Virus record (IMG/VR): IMGVR_UViG_3300015360_003300 | Span: 7,550 to 71,549 of that record | Direction: 5' to 3' (one strand) | From: a virus | Length of the DNA stretch: 64,000 nucleotides | Shown here: positions 21,101-29,196 of the stretch, piece by piece | Position numbering within the stretch: position 1 is the stretch's first letter | Layout of the letters: every line of letters starts with the position of its first letter | Notes under the pieces: generated by a model | Database searches by the model: none | Seen by the model: only the letters and a program-made list of their open reading frames with translations | Told to the model about the DNA's origin: nothing | Position numbers and translations under genes: made by a program

Positions 21101-21236
21101 TTCAAAGTCTGCTAAGTTAGGATACCAAGAAACATATGATATACTTGGAGGGAAAGAAAAAAATGAAGTACTTGAGACATATTTTGAAACAAAATCACTT
21201 AGAGAAAGTTTATCAAATATATTCTTTAGAGAGTAA
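18162..21236 (+). CDS. Fusion: N-terminal ligase/capping-type nucleotidyltransferase domain plus C-terminal HXGH (cytidylyltransferase/NMNAT-like) domain
   Basis: TEKFDG (motif I KxDG, 18342), IEGVVLK (motif IV, 19023), FIK; WIGRAQPWHKGH (20442-20477), KNPM, AGSDR, MSGSLAR. Confidence 0.75.
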   Translation: MSFNEFYDSTISEKKLSIQRFSGSNEMSDTQLLKFLHQLQGIAAKGTIDLSTNDKVSMTEKFDGSPANWGLNPEFFMESANSGEVTSSNIEKFNNPYTIHFYKAFKFLSEYKPFLDRLKKAQSYADEPVKFTSEMFPVLTHKGNDCGDFIFCSTKYNKSKLGNSGAFMIFDVSVKHGDSWVEANEDIHEILIDIVRTPEDPEWKVYYADRDGKLNGTLQFEFSGINDWISSPTKLASSVALLKNKNDPNTKNLKDLIQKIRPGLQQQLDAYAENTSSSLGNATGKSPIEGVVLKVNLPTGPTFIKGTSQIFHDIASGTWGTRKELGAIEKTLTGQFLKDVIGLRTDQPAALNRAIAEIGKTFQSDKQGEERTNVFVDELRKKLQTDGSSTTDIIARTKAKQYLDVANKQLNDIEQKWQQTLTTVDPDTIDKTENQMAYTKEMLKKLQSRIVDTEYIGDAYMVYLLRMIIGRRIENYINNDSNVGEIDELNNSIGEEELNELNVTALTTNLITKLKDLIVKKPQPQLPSKRPTDDDLSDIDLQIHPSTHAVNDIDFANIQDQDPEWNQKVKGYVVKILKLNNISDESINNLLVKFDKDPDSVAKRVLDKFGGNLRDIRDQLRGHDETDKNIRDAKKGKLRAYLRGDTDELDEEASEEFDEYEILDERKFEKVKMARNVLSKLGHPKAYDRNDDGKYILRSKHIKKLMKKLNYIFSDEKSRWIMDTQEPISKPEKTSVEPIITEPSVDKTPNVITSEKNAIIWIGRAQPWHKGHDVLIQKGLEKLKEVGANMIFIMLVKGSITSMDVNKNPMDFDAQIKLIGDVYEKEQAVDISSLPVATGSIVDILVTASKQGIIVKGWLAGSDRIAGYQEQFKTFKTDKYKAEFQQKTSLAAQYPLDGDITFIDVGREEESTPKPTTKDAKELANADKVAKHDAMAVKAKSVDTPTISTEHMSGSLARSLVTKLDFDHWFKEVCPLKYTSSKSAKLGYQETYDILGGKEKNEVLETYFETKSLRESLSNIFFRE

Positions 21237-21238
21237 AC

Positions 21239-21445
21239 ATGGCATTCATTAAGAAATTTAGAAACGGGAAGATAGTGGATTCAACTGTGTCTGCTCCTAT
21301 ACAACAGCCACTTCCAGTGCCTATACCTATACCGGTTCCCCAACCACCAACACCAACAGTGCCTCCACATCAAATTACATCACCTACACCACCATTACCG
21401 AAAGTAGTACCTCGGCGTGGTGGTTGTGGGTGTGGAAAGAAATAA
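21239..21445 (+). CDS. Small proline-rich protein ending RRGGCGCGKK
   Basis: 68-aa ORF filling the gap exactly. Confidence 0.65.
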   Translation: MAFIKKFRNGKIVDSTVSAPIQQPLPVPIPIPVPQPPTPTVPPHQITSPTPPLPKVVPRRGGCGCGKK

Positions 21446-21446
21446 T

Positions 21447-22721
21447 ATGAGTTTTTACAATTTTTTCTCAGAATCGTTAGCTCTTTCTGAAGCATCAAAG
21501 TTCAATGCTGGCGATGCTATGGAAGGCATTTTTGCTATTGGTGTGGCTTTATATATTGCTGATGGTAAAATTAATAAAGATAAATTAAACACGATTCGTA
21601 AGCAAGTTATTATTTCTTCTAAAGAATCTTTCACACAAACTATAGATTCAAACATTGCGGATGATGGGTGGATAGCTAACAAACTACCACACATTCAACC
21701 TGGTAATAAACTTGCGGTCAAAGTCATCATTAATTTAAAAGCAACTGCTAAAGATGCATTTGGTCCAAAATCAAAACAAATTCCTGATATTGAAAATACA
21801 ATTCATCAGATGGTAAATCAGATTGCTAATACAAGTGCAATTAAGCGCATTGAAAAGTTCATTGTCCAAATTCTAACAAATCACACACCTGATAATGTAA
21901 TATTCTATGTGGTGGCTGACGGTTCTCAAACAGGACAAACTGGCGACCAGATTAAAGGTGATGTTATGTTGCGTGTTGAAGCAAAAACTAATACACCAAT
22001 TCCCATCGATATAGAAAAATCTATTAAATTCTCTGTCAAGACTGACACATCAACAACATCTGGTCTTGGAATTTTTACTGGTGTACTTCGTATCGGAAAC
22101 TTTTTTGGATTACCATTTACAAAAGGTCTTGAGAAAATGACTTCATTTCCTAGAGTTGGTGGGTCTGCGACTAATAAAGTCGTTGATATGATTAGGACTA
22201 GTTATCGAACGCAATCAGAAGACCCAAATCATCTTATATTTTATGTTCAAAGATACATAAATTTACAAAACAAAGTATATAATTTTAATCCATCAGATGA
22301 TATACCAAATATAGATGTTGCTAAGCAAAAAGTTATGGAAGCTGGATGGGTTATTATTCATAGAGCAACAGAAGAACTTGAAAATCAACTTAAAGTAAAA
22401 GATGCTACATATGACTTTACAACCCGTACATTTAATTTTTTAGAAAAAGAAATTTTTGGATCAGATGATGCTGAAGTTATTCGTTTGCTTCCCGGGTCAA
22501 TAAGTGAAATTTCAAAAGAAGATTTTGCTGTGATTAAAAATAGATATATCACAGAATTCGCAGTAGTGGGTGACGATATGAAGTTCATCGGTGTAGATAA
22601 AGAAACTAATAAACGCGATCTTTTATTTTCTCTTATTCCAGAAAATAGAATAACTCCTTCAGAAACAGTATTTAGATTTGATGTCAAGCTTGGACCTATT
22701 TTTTACAAACAAGTAACATAA
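21447..22721 (+). CDS. Putative PD-(D/E)xK restriction-endonuclease-like nuclease
   Basis: GDAMEGIF helix, KGDV (21954), FSVK (22029); ATG 21447 follows the previous stop. Confidence 0.55.
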   Translation: MSFYNFFSESLALSEASKFNAGDAMEGIFAIGVALYIADGKINKDKLNTIRKQVIISSKESFTQTIDSNIADDGWIANKLPHIQPGNKLAVKVIINLKATAKDAFGPKSKQIPDIENTIHQMVNQIANTSAIKRIEKFIVQILTNHTPDNVIFYVVADGSQTGQTGDQIKGDVMLRVEAKTNTPIPIDIEKSIKFSVKTDTSTTSGLGIFTGVLRIGNFFGLPFTKGLEKMTSFPRVGGSATNKVVDMIRTSYRTQSEDPNHLIFYVQRYINLQNKVYNFNPSDDIPNIDVAKQKVMEAGWVIIHRATEELENQLKVKDATYDFTTRTFNFLEKEIFGSDDAEVIRLLPGSISEISKEDFAVIKNRYITEFAVVGDDMKFIGVDKETNKRDLLFSLIPENRITPSETVFRFDVKLGPIFYKQVT

Positions 22722-22822
22722 ATATCACGTTTTAAATAAACTATTGAAGATGTTATTAACTGATGTACAATATTAACATCAAGTGATAAATAACAATCAC
22801 ACAATTCATCCAAGGAGTTAGA

Positions 22823-25285
22823 ATGACATATACGTTTGAAGAATCTTTTAAAGCATCAACAGAATATTTTAGTGGTGACGAACTTGCAGCCAAAGTATTT
22901 TTAGATAAATATGCATTAAGAGATAATGAGGGTCTAATACACGAAAAGACCCCAACCGATATGTTTAAAAGAGTAGCAAGCGAATTTGCTCGTATTGAAA
23001 AGAAAAAGTTTAAAACTCCATTTGATGAACAGAAAATTTTTGACTTGATGGAAAACTTCAAATACATCATTCCACAAGGATCGCCTTTATTTGGTATAGG
23101 TAATAACTATCAATATGTTACTTTAAGTAATTGTTATCTACTTGATGTTCCCGAAGATTCGTATTCAAGTATCTTGCTTGTAGATCACCAATTAGTAAAC
23201 ATTTCTAAGCGTCGTGGCGGTGTTGGTATTGATTTGAGTAATTTACGTCCTACTGGTTCTATGACACGCAATGCGGCACGCTCAAGTACTGGTATTACTA
23301 GTTGGATGGAACGGTACAGTAACTCTATTCGCGAAGTTGGTCAATCTGGTAGACGTGGTGCATTGATGTTAACACTATCAATACATCATCCAGATGTATT
23401 GAAGTTCGCTACTATAAAAAATGATCCAACAAAAGTTACAGGTGCAAATATTTCACTACGTCTCACAAAAGAATTTATGACAGCAGTTGAAAACGATACC
23501 GAATACGAATTACGTTTTCCTGTTGATTATAAGGAAAAGGGTATTAAACCAAAAATTACAAAAATGATAAAAGCTACTGAAGTTTGGAAAGCAATTATTA
23601 ACTCGGCTTGGATGCGAGCAGAACCAGGTCTACTTATGTGGGATAATGTGACGGAGAATACACCCGCTGATTATTATGAAGAATATAAATCACGCGGTAC
23701 TAACCCATGTTCTGAAATTAATTTAAGTCCTCTTGATAGTTGCCGTCTTATGGTTTTAAATCTTTTCTCTTATGTTACCAATCCATTTACTGATAAATCA
23801 GAATTTAATTTCAGTTTATTTGCTGAACACACTAAGATTACTCAGCGTCTCATGGACGACCTTGTAGATTTAGAATCGGAAAAGATTGAACAGATTATTG
23901 CTAAGATTAAGACTGATCCTGAGTCAGATGATATTAAGGGAGAAGAATTAAAACTTTGGTTACGTATTAAGAAAAATAATGATGAAGGACGACGTACAGG
24001 AACTGGAATCACCGCCCTTGGTGATACACTTGCTGCTCTTGGTATAAAGTATGGAACGCCAGAATCTATTTTGATGACAGAACGTATCTATAAAGTTCTC
24101 AAACTTTCTGCATACGAATCATCTGTAGATATGGCAGAGGAACTTGGTAAGTTTAAAGTATATGATAATGAAAAGGAAAAGAATTGCCCATTCATCATGA
24201 GAATAGCCGAAGAATCCCCCCTACTCTATGAGAGAATGGTAAAAAGTGGTCGTCGTAATATTTCATTAACTACAACTGCGCCAGTTGGTTCAATTTCATT
24301 GATGACTAGAACATCATCGGGCGTGGAGCCTTTGTTTACTCTAGAAACATATACTCGTCGTAAGAAAGTTAATCCGACTGACAAAAACTCCCGCGTTGAC
24401 TTTACTGATGCAATGGGTGATAAGTGGCAGAACTATACTATCATGCATCCTAAAGCCCAAATGTGGACAGAAGTTACTGGTAATAGTGACTTGAGCCAGT
24501 CTCCTTGGGCTGGTGCAACATCAGCAGAAATTAACTGGACAGCTAGAGTAGAATTACAAGCTGCAGCACAGAAACATGTATGTCATGCTATTAGTAGTAC
24601 TATTAATCTTCCAGAATCAGCAACCGAAGAGCAAATAGCATCTATTTATGAAACTGCTTTTAGAAGTGGGTGTAAGGGAATAACTGTGTATCGTGATAAG
24701 TGTCGTGATGGTGTCATGATTAAAAATGAAAAAGAAAAGAAACCAACGGAAGTAAAGATGGATGATGTCATAATTAAGACACATGCTCCTAAACGTCCTA
24801 AATCATTAAAGTGTGATGTTCACCATATAAAAGTGACTGGCCAGGAATATTTTGTAATAGTTGGTTTATGGAATGATGGTACTCCATATGAAATTTTTGC
24901 GGGTAAGAACGGACACTTACCAAAAGAAATTAAACACGGCGAAGTTATTAAACAAAAACGTGGCGAGTATACATTCAATGATGAACATGGCGATAAAGCT
25001 GATAATATTTCAAAACACGTAACAGATGATCAAGAAGCAATAACTCGTATGTTATCTATGAATCTTCGCCATGGTTGTGATATTAGTTTTGCTGTACAAC
25101 AACTTGAAAAAGTTAAAGGTCGTCTTGATGGATTCTCAAAGGCACTAGCTCGCGCACTTAAAAAGTATATACAAAACGGAACTAAAGTACATGGATCAGT
25201 ATGTGTTGAGTGTGGGTCAACCAATATTGTTAGAGAAAATGGATGTTGTATATGTAAAGACTGCGGATATTCAACATGTGCATAA
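22823..25285 (+). CDS. nrdJ: Class II (adenosylcobalamin-dependent) ribonucleotide reductase with C-terminal TSCPD-like domain and Zn ribbon
   Basis: LSNC, RRGGVG, GRRGALM, AEPG, TNPCSEI, TTAPVGS, AISSTINLP, KGITVYRD; C-terminal CVEC...CICKDCGYSTC. Confidence 0.92.
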   Translation: MTYTFEESFKASTEYFSGDELAAKVFLDKYALRDNEGLIHEKTPTDMFKRVASEFARIEKKKFKTPFDEQKIFDLMENFKYIIPQGSPLFGIGNNYQYVTLSNCYLLDVPEDSYSSILLVDHQLVNISKRRGGVGIDLSNLRPTGSMTRNAARSSTGITSWMERYSNSIREVGQSGRRGALMLTLSIHHPDVLKFATIKNDPTKVTGANISLRLTKEFMTAVENDTEYELRFPVDYKEKGIKPKITKMIKATEVWKAIINSAWMRAEPGLLMWDNVTENTPADYYEEYKSRGTNPCSEINLSPLDSCRLMVLNLFSYVTNPFTDKSEFNFSLFAEHTKITQRLMDDLVDLESEKIEQIIAKIKTDPESDDIKGEELKLWLRIKKNNDEGRRTGTGITALGDTLAALGIKYGTPESILMTERIYKVLKLSAYESSVDMAEELGKFKVYDNEKEKNCPFIMRIAEESPLLYERMVKSGRRNISLTTTAPVGSISLMTRTSSGVEPLFTLETYTRRKKVNPTDKNSRVDFTDAMGDKWQNYTIMHPKAQMWTEVTGNSDLSQSPWAGATSAEINWTARVELQAAAQKHVCHAISSTINLPESATEEQIASIYETAFRSGCKGITVYRDKCRDGVMIKNEKEKKPTEVKMDDVIIKTHAPKRPKSLKCDVHHIKVTGQEYFVIVGLWNDGTPYEIFAGKNGHLPKEIKHGEVIKQKRGEYTFNDEHGDKADNISKHVTDDQEAITRMLSMNLRHGCDISFAVQQLEKVKGRLDGFSKALARALKKYIQNGTKVHGSVCVECGSTNIVRENGCCICKDCGYSTCA

Positions 25286-25294
25286 AAAACTTCT

Positions 25295-25323
25295 GATAAA
25301 TAGCTTTTAAAGGAGCTATTTAT
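25295..25323 (+). promoter_or_regulatory. Late-type promoter (GATAAATA) overlapping a hairpin that buries the patatin SD and start codon
   Basis: ATAAATAGCT 25296-25305 is the perfect reverse complement of AGCTATTTAT 25314-25323; GGAG at 25312-25315, ATG at 25322. Confidence 0.75.
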
Positions 25324-26194
25324 GAGACTTTTATCATTAAACGGTGGCGGCAGTTGTGGTTACATGACTGCCGTCATCCTTAGTAAAATTGAAGAAGAAA
25401 CCGGTAAATCCTCGGCAGAATTATTTGATTTGATTGCTGGGGTATCTACTGGATCTATTCTTGCGGCAGCCATCGGTAAAGGCATTCCAGCAAAAATGAT
25501 AGCAAGTTTTTATAAAGAACTTGCTTCTGATATTTTTAAAAAGAAATGCTGGCTTCCTTGGAAAGCATGGTATAGTGCAGATAAACTTAATAAGATCACA
25601 AAAGAAATTATTGGGTATCAATATAATAGTTCAAAAACTAAGATTATGATTCATGCTGCCGCTATAAATGGTCCAGATGTATTTCGCCCAAAATTTTGGA
25701 AGTCTTGGGAAGAGTGTGATACAGTAATGGCTAATGAAATAGTTGTTGCATCGTGTAGCGCACCAATATACTTTGCACCTAATAAAATAGGCTCTGATGT
25801 GTATATAGATGGTGGATTTGTTGCTAATAATCCATCTATGTGCGCTATAGTAGAAGCCTTACGGTTAAAACATGATCTTACAGAGATTTATAACCTTAAT
25901 ATTAACTGTGGTGAAACAAAAGGATTTGACAATGCACATAAACTTGTTAGTATTATAAAATGGATACCTAATATATCCTCTTTACCAACCTTAGCAATTA
26001 AAACAGGAGAACGATCTGTTTCTTATCAAGCTCACCAACTTTTAGGCAATCGTCACCTTGTCATCGGCCCATCTATTGATTTACCAATGGATACCTTAGA
26101 TTTTGATAAAATGAACAGAGAAGCTAACAGAGTTTGGAGCATAAACAAAGAAGTTATCCTCTACAACTTACAAATAAAGAAAGATTTGGTGTAA
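25322..26194 (+). CDS. Patatin-like phospholipase
   Basis: LSLNGGGSCG, FDLIAGVSTG (GxSxG), ASCSAPIYF, IDGGFVANNP. Confidence 0.92.
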   Translation: MRLLSLNGGGSCGYMTAVILSKIEEETGKSSAELFDLIAGVSTGSILAAAIGKGIPAKMIASFYKELASDIFKKKCWLPWKAWYSADKLNKITKEIIGYQYNSSKTKIMIHAAAINGPDVFRPKFWKSWEECDTVMANEIVVASCSAPIYFAPNKIGSDVYIDGGFVANNPSMCAIVEALRLKHDLTEIYNLNINCGETKGFDNAHKLVSIIKWIPNISSLPTLAIKTGERSVSYQAHQLLGNRHLVIGPSIDLPMDTLDFDKMNREANRVWSINKEVILYNLQIKKDLV

Positions 26195-26195
26195 T

Positions 26196-26753
26196 ATGGC
26201 TCTATGTCGTTGTTTAGTTCTTAACAGTTCCTATGAGTTCTTGGATATTTCTCCATGGTTTGATAGTATCTGTTTACTCGTTGAAAACAAGGCAGTTGTT
26301 ATGGCAGAATACAATGACATTGTCCATTCACAATATCAGTCATGGAAGATTCCTTCCGTTCTAATAATGAAGTATTATGTCAAAACAAAGAAACATAAGA
26401 ACACATTTAGCGTCACTAACAAGCGTAATCTCTTAGTGAGAGACGGTTTTCGCTGTCAATACTGTAATGCGGTATTATCATTCCGTAATGGAACTATCGA
26501 CCACGTTAAACCACGTAGTCGTGGTGGACTTCACACGCTTGACAACACGGTAGCAAGTTGTAAATGTTGTAATAACATGAAGGGTGATATGCATCTTGCC
26601 GAATTTGAGAAAAAGTCAGGTATGGAACTTAAATGTGTTCCCCGTCAATTAACAGACGCTGAAAAGATTGACTGTCTTCTCAAGACTGTTAAAAGCAAGG
26701 AACGTAATGCTTGGTTATCATGCCTTGATCAAAATGGAATTAGTTTATATTAA
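26196..26753 (+). CDS. HNH endonuclease (McrA-like)
   Basis: LVLNSSYE..., RDGFRCQYC, TIDHVKPRSRGG...N...C..CNN.KG. Confidence 0.92.
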   Translation: MALCRCLVLNSSYEFLDISPWFDSICLLVENKAVVMAEYNDIVHSQYQSWKIPSVLIMKYYVKTKKHKNTFSVTNKRNLLVRDGFRCQYCNAVLSFRNGTIDHVKPRSRGGLHTLDNTVASCKCCNNMKGDMHLAEFEKKSGMELKCVPRQLTDAEKIDCLLKTVKSKERNAWLSCLDQNGISLY

Positions 26754-27007
26754 TGTTCAGTAAAAGATTCCATCTTGTTGATTTAGTTGGGTTAAATAAG
26801 CGGGCAATCGCTATATTAGCTCACTATAACAACAAGATGGTTCTTGTTGAATATGACGATTTCGGTCGCCCCCTTAATATTGCACCAAACGGAAAGCAAG
26901 GAATTTTTTGCACTAGTCCAGACGGATTTTGGAACGGATGGTTTGTTTTAGATGATGATGTTAGATTTAGTGAAGAAAATAAAATTTTAAATGATATAAT
27001 TAAATAA
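26753..27007 (+). CDS. Hypothetical protein
   Basis: 84-aa ORF coupled by TAATG. Confidence 0.65.
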   Translation: MFSKRFHLVDLVGLNKRAIAILAHYNNKMVLVEYDDFGRPLNIAPNGKQGIFCTSPDGFWNGWFVLDDDVRFSEENKILNDIIK

Positions 27008-27020
27008 AGGTCCTACCACT

Positions 27021-27266
27021 ATGCTATACCATTTAAGCGACGATGATAATACTATTGGTTTTTTTCAAGTAGATCAAGATCCAGTAAAAGTAGCTAAAAA
27101 AATAAGTGTGATAACTGGCACCACGTTTGATGTGATAAAATCAGATAAATATGAAGATATTGGTAGTTTTGAAATTGATACTATTATTATTAGATCAAAT
27201 GTTTTTTGTGAAGATTTTATAGATTTGCTTGATTATGGTATAGCAGTCTATATAATTGATTATTAA
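27021..27266 (+). CDS. Hypothetical acidic protein
   Basis: 81-aa ORF in operon. Confidence 0.6.
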   Translation: MLYHLSDDDNTIGFFQVDQDPVKVAKKISVITGTTFDVIKSDKYEDIGSFEIDTIIIRSNVFCEDFIDLLDYGIAVYIIDY

Positions 27267-27267
27267 T

Positions 27268-28059
27268 ATGACCCTCACAACAAAAACCACTACATCACTC
27301 GTTTATAATAAAAACGAACATATAAAACTTAGTACCTCAAGTGTATCCACATTTGAGCAATGTCCTAGACGATGGTTTTACCGATATGTCCGTAAACTTT
27401 ATCCCGATGTTGAAGAATCTGAATGGACCGCCTTTGGTAATTTCATTCATGATATTGCAGAAAATTTTAAAGATGATTGTACTCTAAAAGAGTTTAAAGA
27501 ACTTGTTGCTTCTAGAATAAAAAACTATGAGTTTTCTGAAAAATACCGCAATAAGGTACTTCCAGCTATTAAGAATCTTTTTATATACTGTAAACAAAAT
27601 TTTAAAAAAGATGATATAGTTCTTCGCGAAAAGAAAATTGACTTTCATTATAAAGGAAAGTTTTTTCTTACGGGAAAAATTGATATCATACATATGAGTG
27701 GCAATAAGGTTAAAGTAATTGACTGGAAAACTTCAAAAGAAGAAAAAGATAGCTCATTCCAACTTTCTTTTTATAAGTTTCTTCTTGAGATAATTGATTT
27801 GGTTAAAGTAGAAAGTCTTGAATGCGAAATTGTTTATTTGTGTGCTGACCAGAAAGATGAATTGCTATATGTTTCTAAGTATAACATTGAAAAAGATGAT
27901 GTTATGTCAGCCATAGCAAGAATTGAAGCTCTTATAAAAACGTATGAAGTACTCGGTACTGAAAATATTGAGAAATGGCGCATGAAAACTGGTCCTTTGT
28001 GTAATTATTGTGATTATTTCAAATCAAAAGATTGCCCTGGCCGCACTACATGCAATTAA
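27268..28059 (+). CDS. PD-(D/E)xK RecB/AddB/Cas4-like exonuclease with Fe-S-type Cys
   Basis: LSTSS...QCPRRW, FGNFIH, GKID, IDWKT, QLSFY, C..C.....C. Confidence 0.88.
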   Translation: MTLTTKTTTSLVYNKNEHIKLSTSSVSTFEQCPRRWFYRYVRKLYPDVEESEWTAFGNFIHDIAENFKDDCTLKEFKELVASRIKNYEFSEKYRNKVLPAIKNLFIYCKQNFKKDDIVLREKKIDFHYKGKFFLTGKIDIIHMSGNKVKVIDWKTSKEEKDSSFQLSFYKFLLEIIDLVKVESLECEIVYLCADQKDELLYVSKYNIEKDDVMSAIARIEALIKTYEVLGTENIEKWRMKTGPLCNYCDYFKSKDCPGRTTCN

Positions 28060-28063
28060 GATA

Positions 28064-28090
28064 TTGACTATTTCTAATATTGAATATAAT
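28064..28090 (+). promoter_or_regulatory. sigma70-like promoter TTGACT-N15-TATAAT
   Basis: Near-consensus boxes before the small ORF at 28136; spacer is short. Confidence 0.5.
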
Positions 28091-28135
28091 AGATATATAA
28101 GAACTCAATAAACCAAGAGTTCAAGGAAAATAAAA

Positions 28136-28330
28136 ATGAGAAAAAATTCAAAAAATAAGTTCATCGTATACGCCCGCAATAGCGGTGGTACATATCTCAC
28201 CGAGCGTGCTGTTCGCATTCCCGGTGCTAATTTCCGTTGGGCCAAGGATCGTAGCATCGCAACCAAACTTCCAAAGGAAGTTGCTGACAAGGTTGCTTAC
28301 CGTTACGGTGGAGTAGTAATTCGCGCCTAA
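28136..28330 (+). CDS. Small basic hypothetical protein
   Basis: AAGGA SD, own promoter and terminator. Confidence 0.75.
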   Translation: MRKNSKNKFIVYARNSGGTYLTERAVRIPGANFRWAKDRSIATKLPKEVADKVAYRYGGVVIRA

Positions 28331-28353
28331 GTTCTAATTGATTTAGTATATGT

Positions 28354-28384
28354 AAAGCCTCCCTTAAAAAAGGGAGGCTTTTTT
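28354..28384 (+). terminator. Rho-independent terminator
   Basis: AAGCCTCCCTT-AAAA-AAGGGAGGCTT followed by T run. Confidence 0.9.
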
Positions 28385-28398
28385 GTTATAATAGATAT

Positions 28399-28692
28399 AT
28401 GGAATTAATTTATCTAATTATATTTTTATTGATTTCAGTTGCATCATCGCAACTTTGGAGTAATTCAAAAATTTGTGGTTATATAAGAAGATTTATAGTT
28501 AAAATACCATTTATACGAGATGTATTACTCTGTCCGTCATGTTCATCATTTTGGATAGCTATGTTTGTCAGTTTATTTTTTAATCCACTCATTGGATTAA
28601 TGCCATATATAGTGTCTAATATTGCTATAAGTATTATAAATTATGCAATATGTGGTATACTATTTAAAAGAAATATATTAACAAGTGACTAA
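28399..28692 (+). CDS. Small membrane protein with CxxC (DUF1360-like)
   Basis: Three hydrophobic segments; LLCPSCSSFW. Confidence 0.65.
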   Translation: MELIYLIIFLLISVASSQLWSNSKICGYIRRFIVKIPFIRDVLLCPSCSSFWIAMFVSLFFNPLIGLMPYIVSNIAISIINYAICGILFKRNILTSD

Positions 28693-28710
28693 ATAGAAGG
28701 AATATTTAAT

Positions 28711-29193
28711 ATGCCATTTACACAAGAAGAGTTAGCTCTTATACTTAAAGCAATTAGTGAAGATAAGCCGTTTCGTAGCGAATTTGGAAAAATAGCAGAA
28801 AATATTATAGACAAAATATATTCATACTATACTAATCCAAATTGTTCATGTAAGGGTGGTATTTTAGAATGGGTTAATAAAAACGAAGACAAGACCCGTC
28901 AACTTATAAATACATTTAAAGATACTTTTGACAAACTAAAAAATACAACACAAACAACTACTGAAGCAACTACTCAATCAACTAACCCCAACATAGCAAA
29001 ACTTTTAATTACACCAAATAATGTTAAACCAACTAATGTTAAAATTGGCGAAACTATGACTATTGAGCCGACAACAGACGCATATCGTAAGCTTTTTAAT
29101 ACGATTAATCAAGAACATTGGGTATTCCGAGGTATACAAGTTATTCCTGGGGAAGACGACGGTAAAGATGTCTGGTTTATTCTTTTTTATTAA
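28711..29193 (+). CDS. Hypothetical protein with NPNCSC motif
   Basis: 160-aa ORF with AAGGA SD. Confidence 0.7.
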   Translation: MPFTQEELALILKAISEDKPFRSEFGKIAENIIDKIYSYYTNPNCSCKGGILEWVNKNEDKTRQLINTFKDTFDKLKNTTQTTTEATTQSTNPNIAKLLITPNNVKPTNVKIGETMTIEPTTDAYRKLFNTINQEHWVFRGIQVIPGEDDGKDVWFILFY

Positions 29194-29196
29194 ATT

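Noticed and set aside
22722-22822. NrdR box, riboswitch or ncRNA upstream of nrdJ
   Set aside because: Only an imperfect inverted repeat (GATGTTA...TAACATC) and a GATAAATA; too short for a cobalamin riboswitch and no convincing NrdR consensus
22823-25285. Intein or intron in nrdJ (also checked thyA and primase)
   Set aside because: ORFs are continuous and of normal length, with no intein terminal or LAGLIDADG motifs
17074-26753. CBASS-like system (NTase as cyclase, patatin as CapV, HNH effector)
   Set aside because: NTase and patatin are about 7 kb apart, separated by nrdJ and under different promoters; no SAVED, Cap2 or Cap3 motifs seen; I cannot assign the NTase to the CD-NTases by eye
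26196-26753. Mobile homing endonuclease
   Set aside because: McrA-like HNH with the VLN..YE N-terminal domain; it does not interrupt a gene and has no NUMOD/AP2 DNA-binding domain
27268-28059. CRISPR-Cas (Cas4)
   Set aside because: Solo RecB/Cas4-like nuclease, common in phages; no cas1 and no repeat-spacer array in the window
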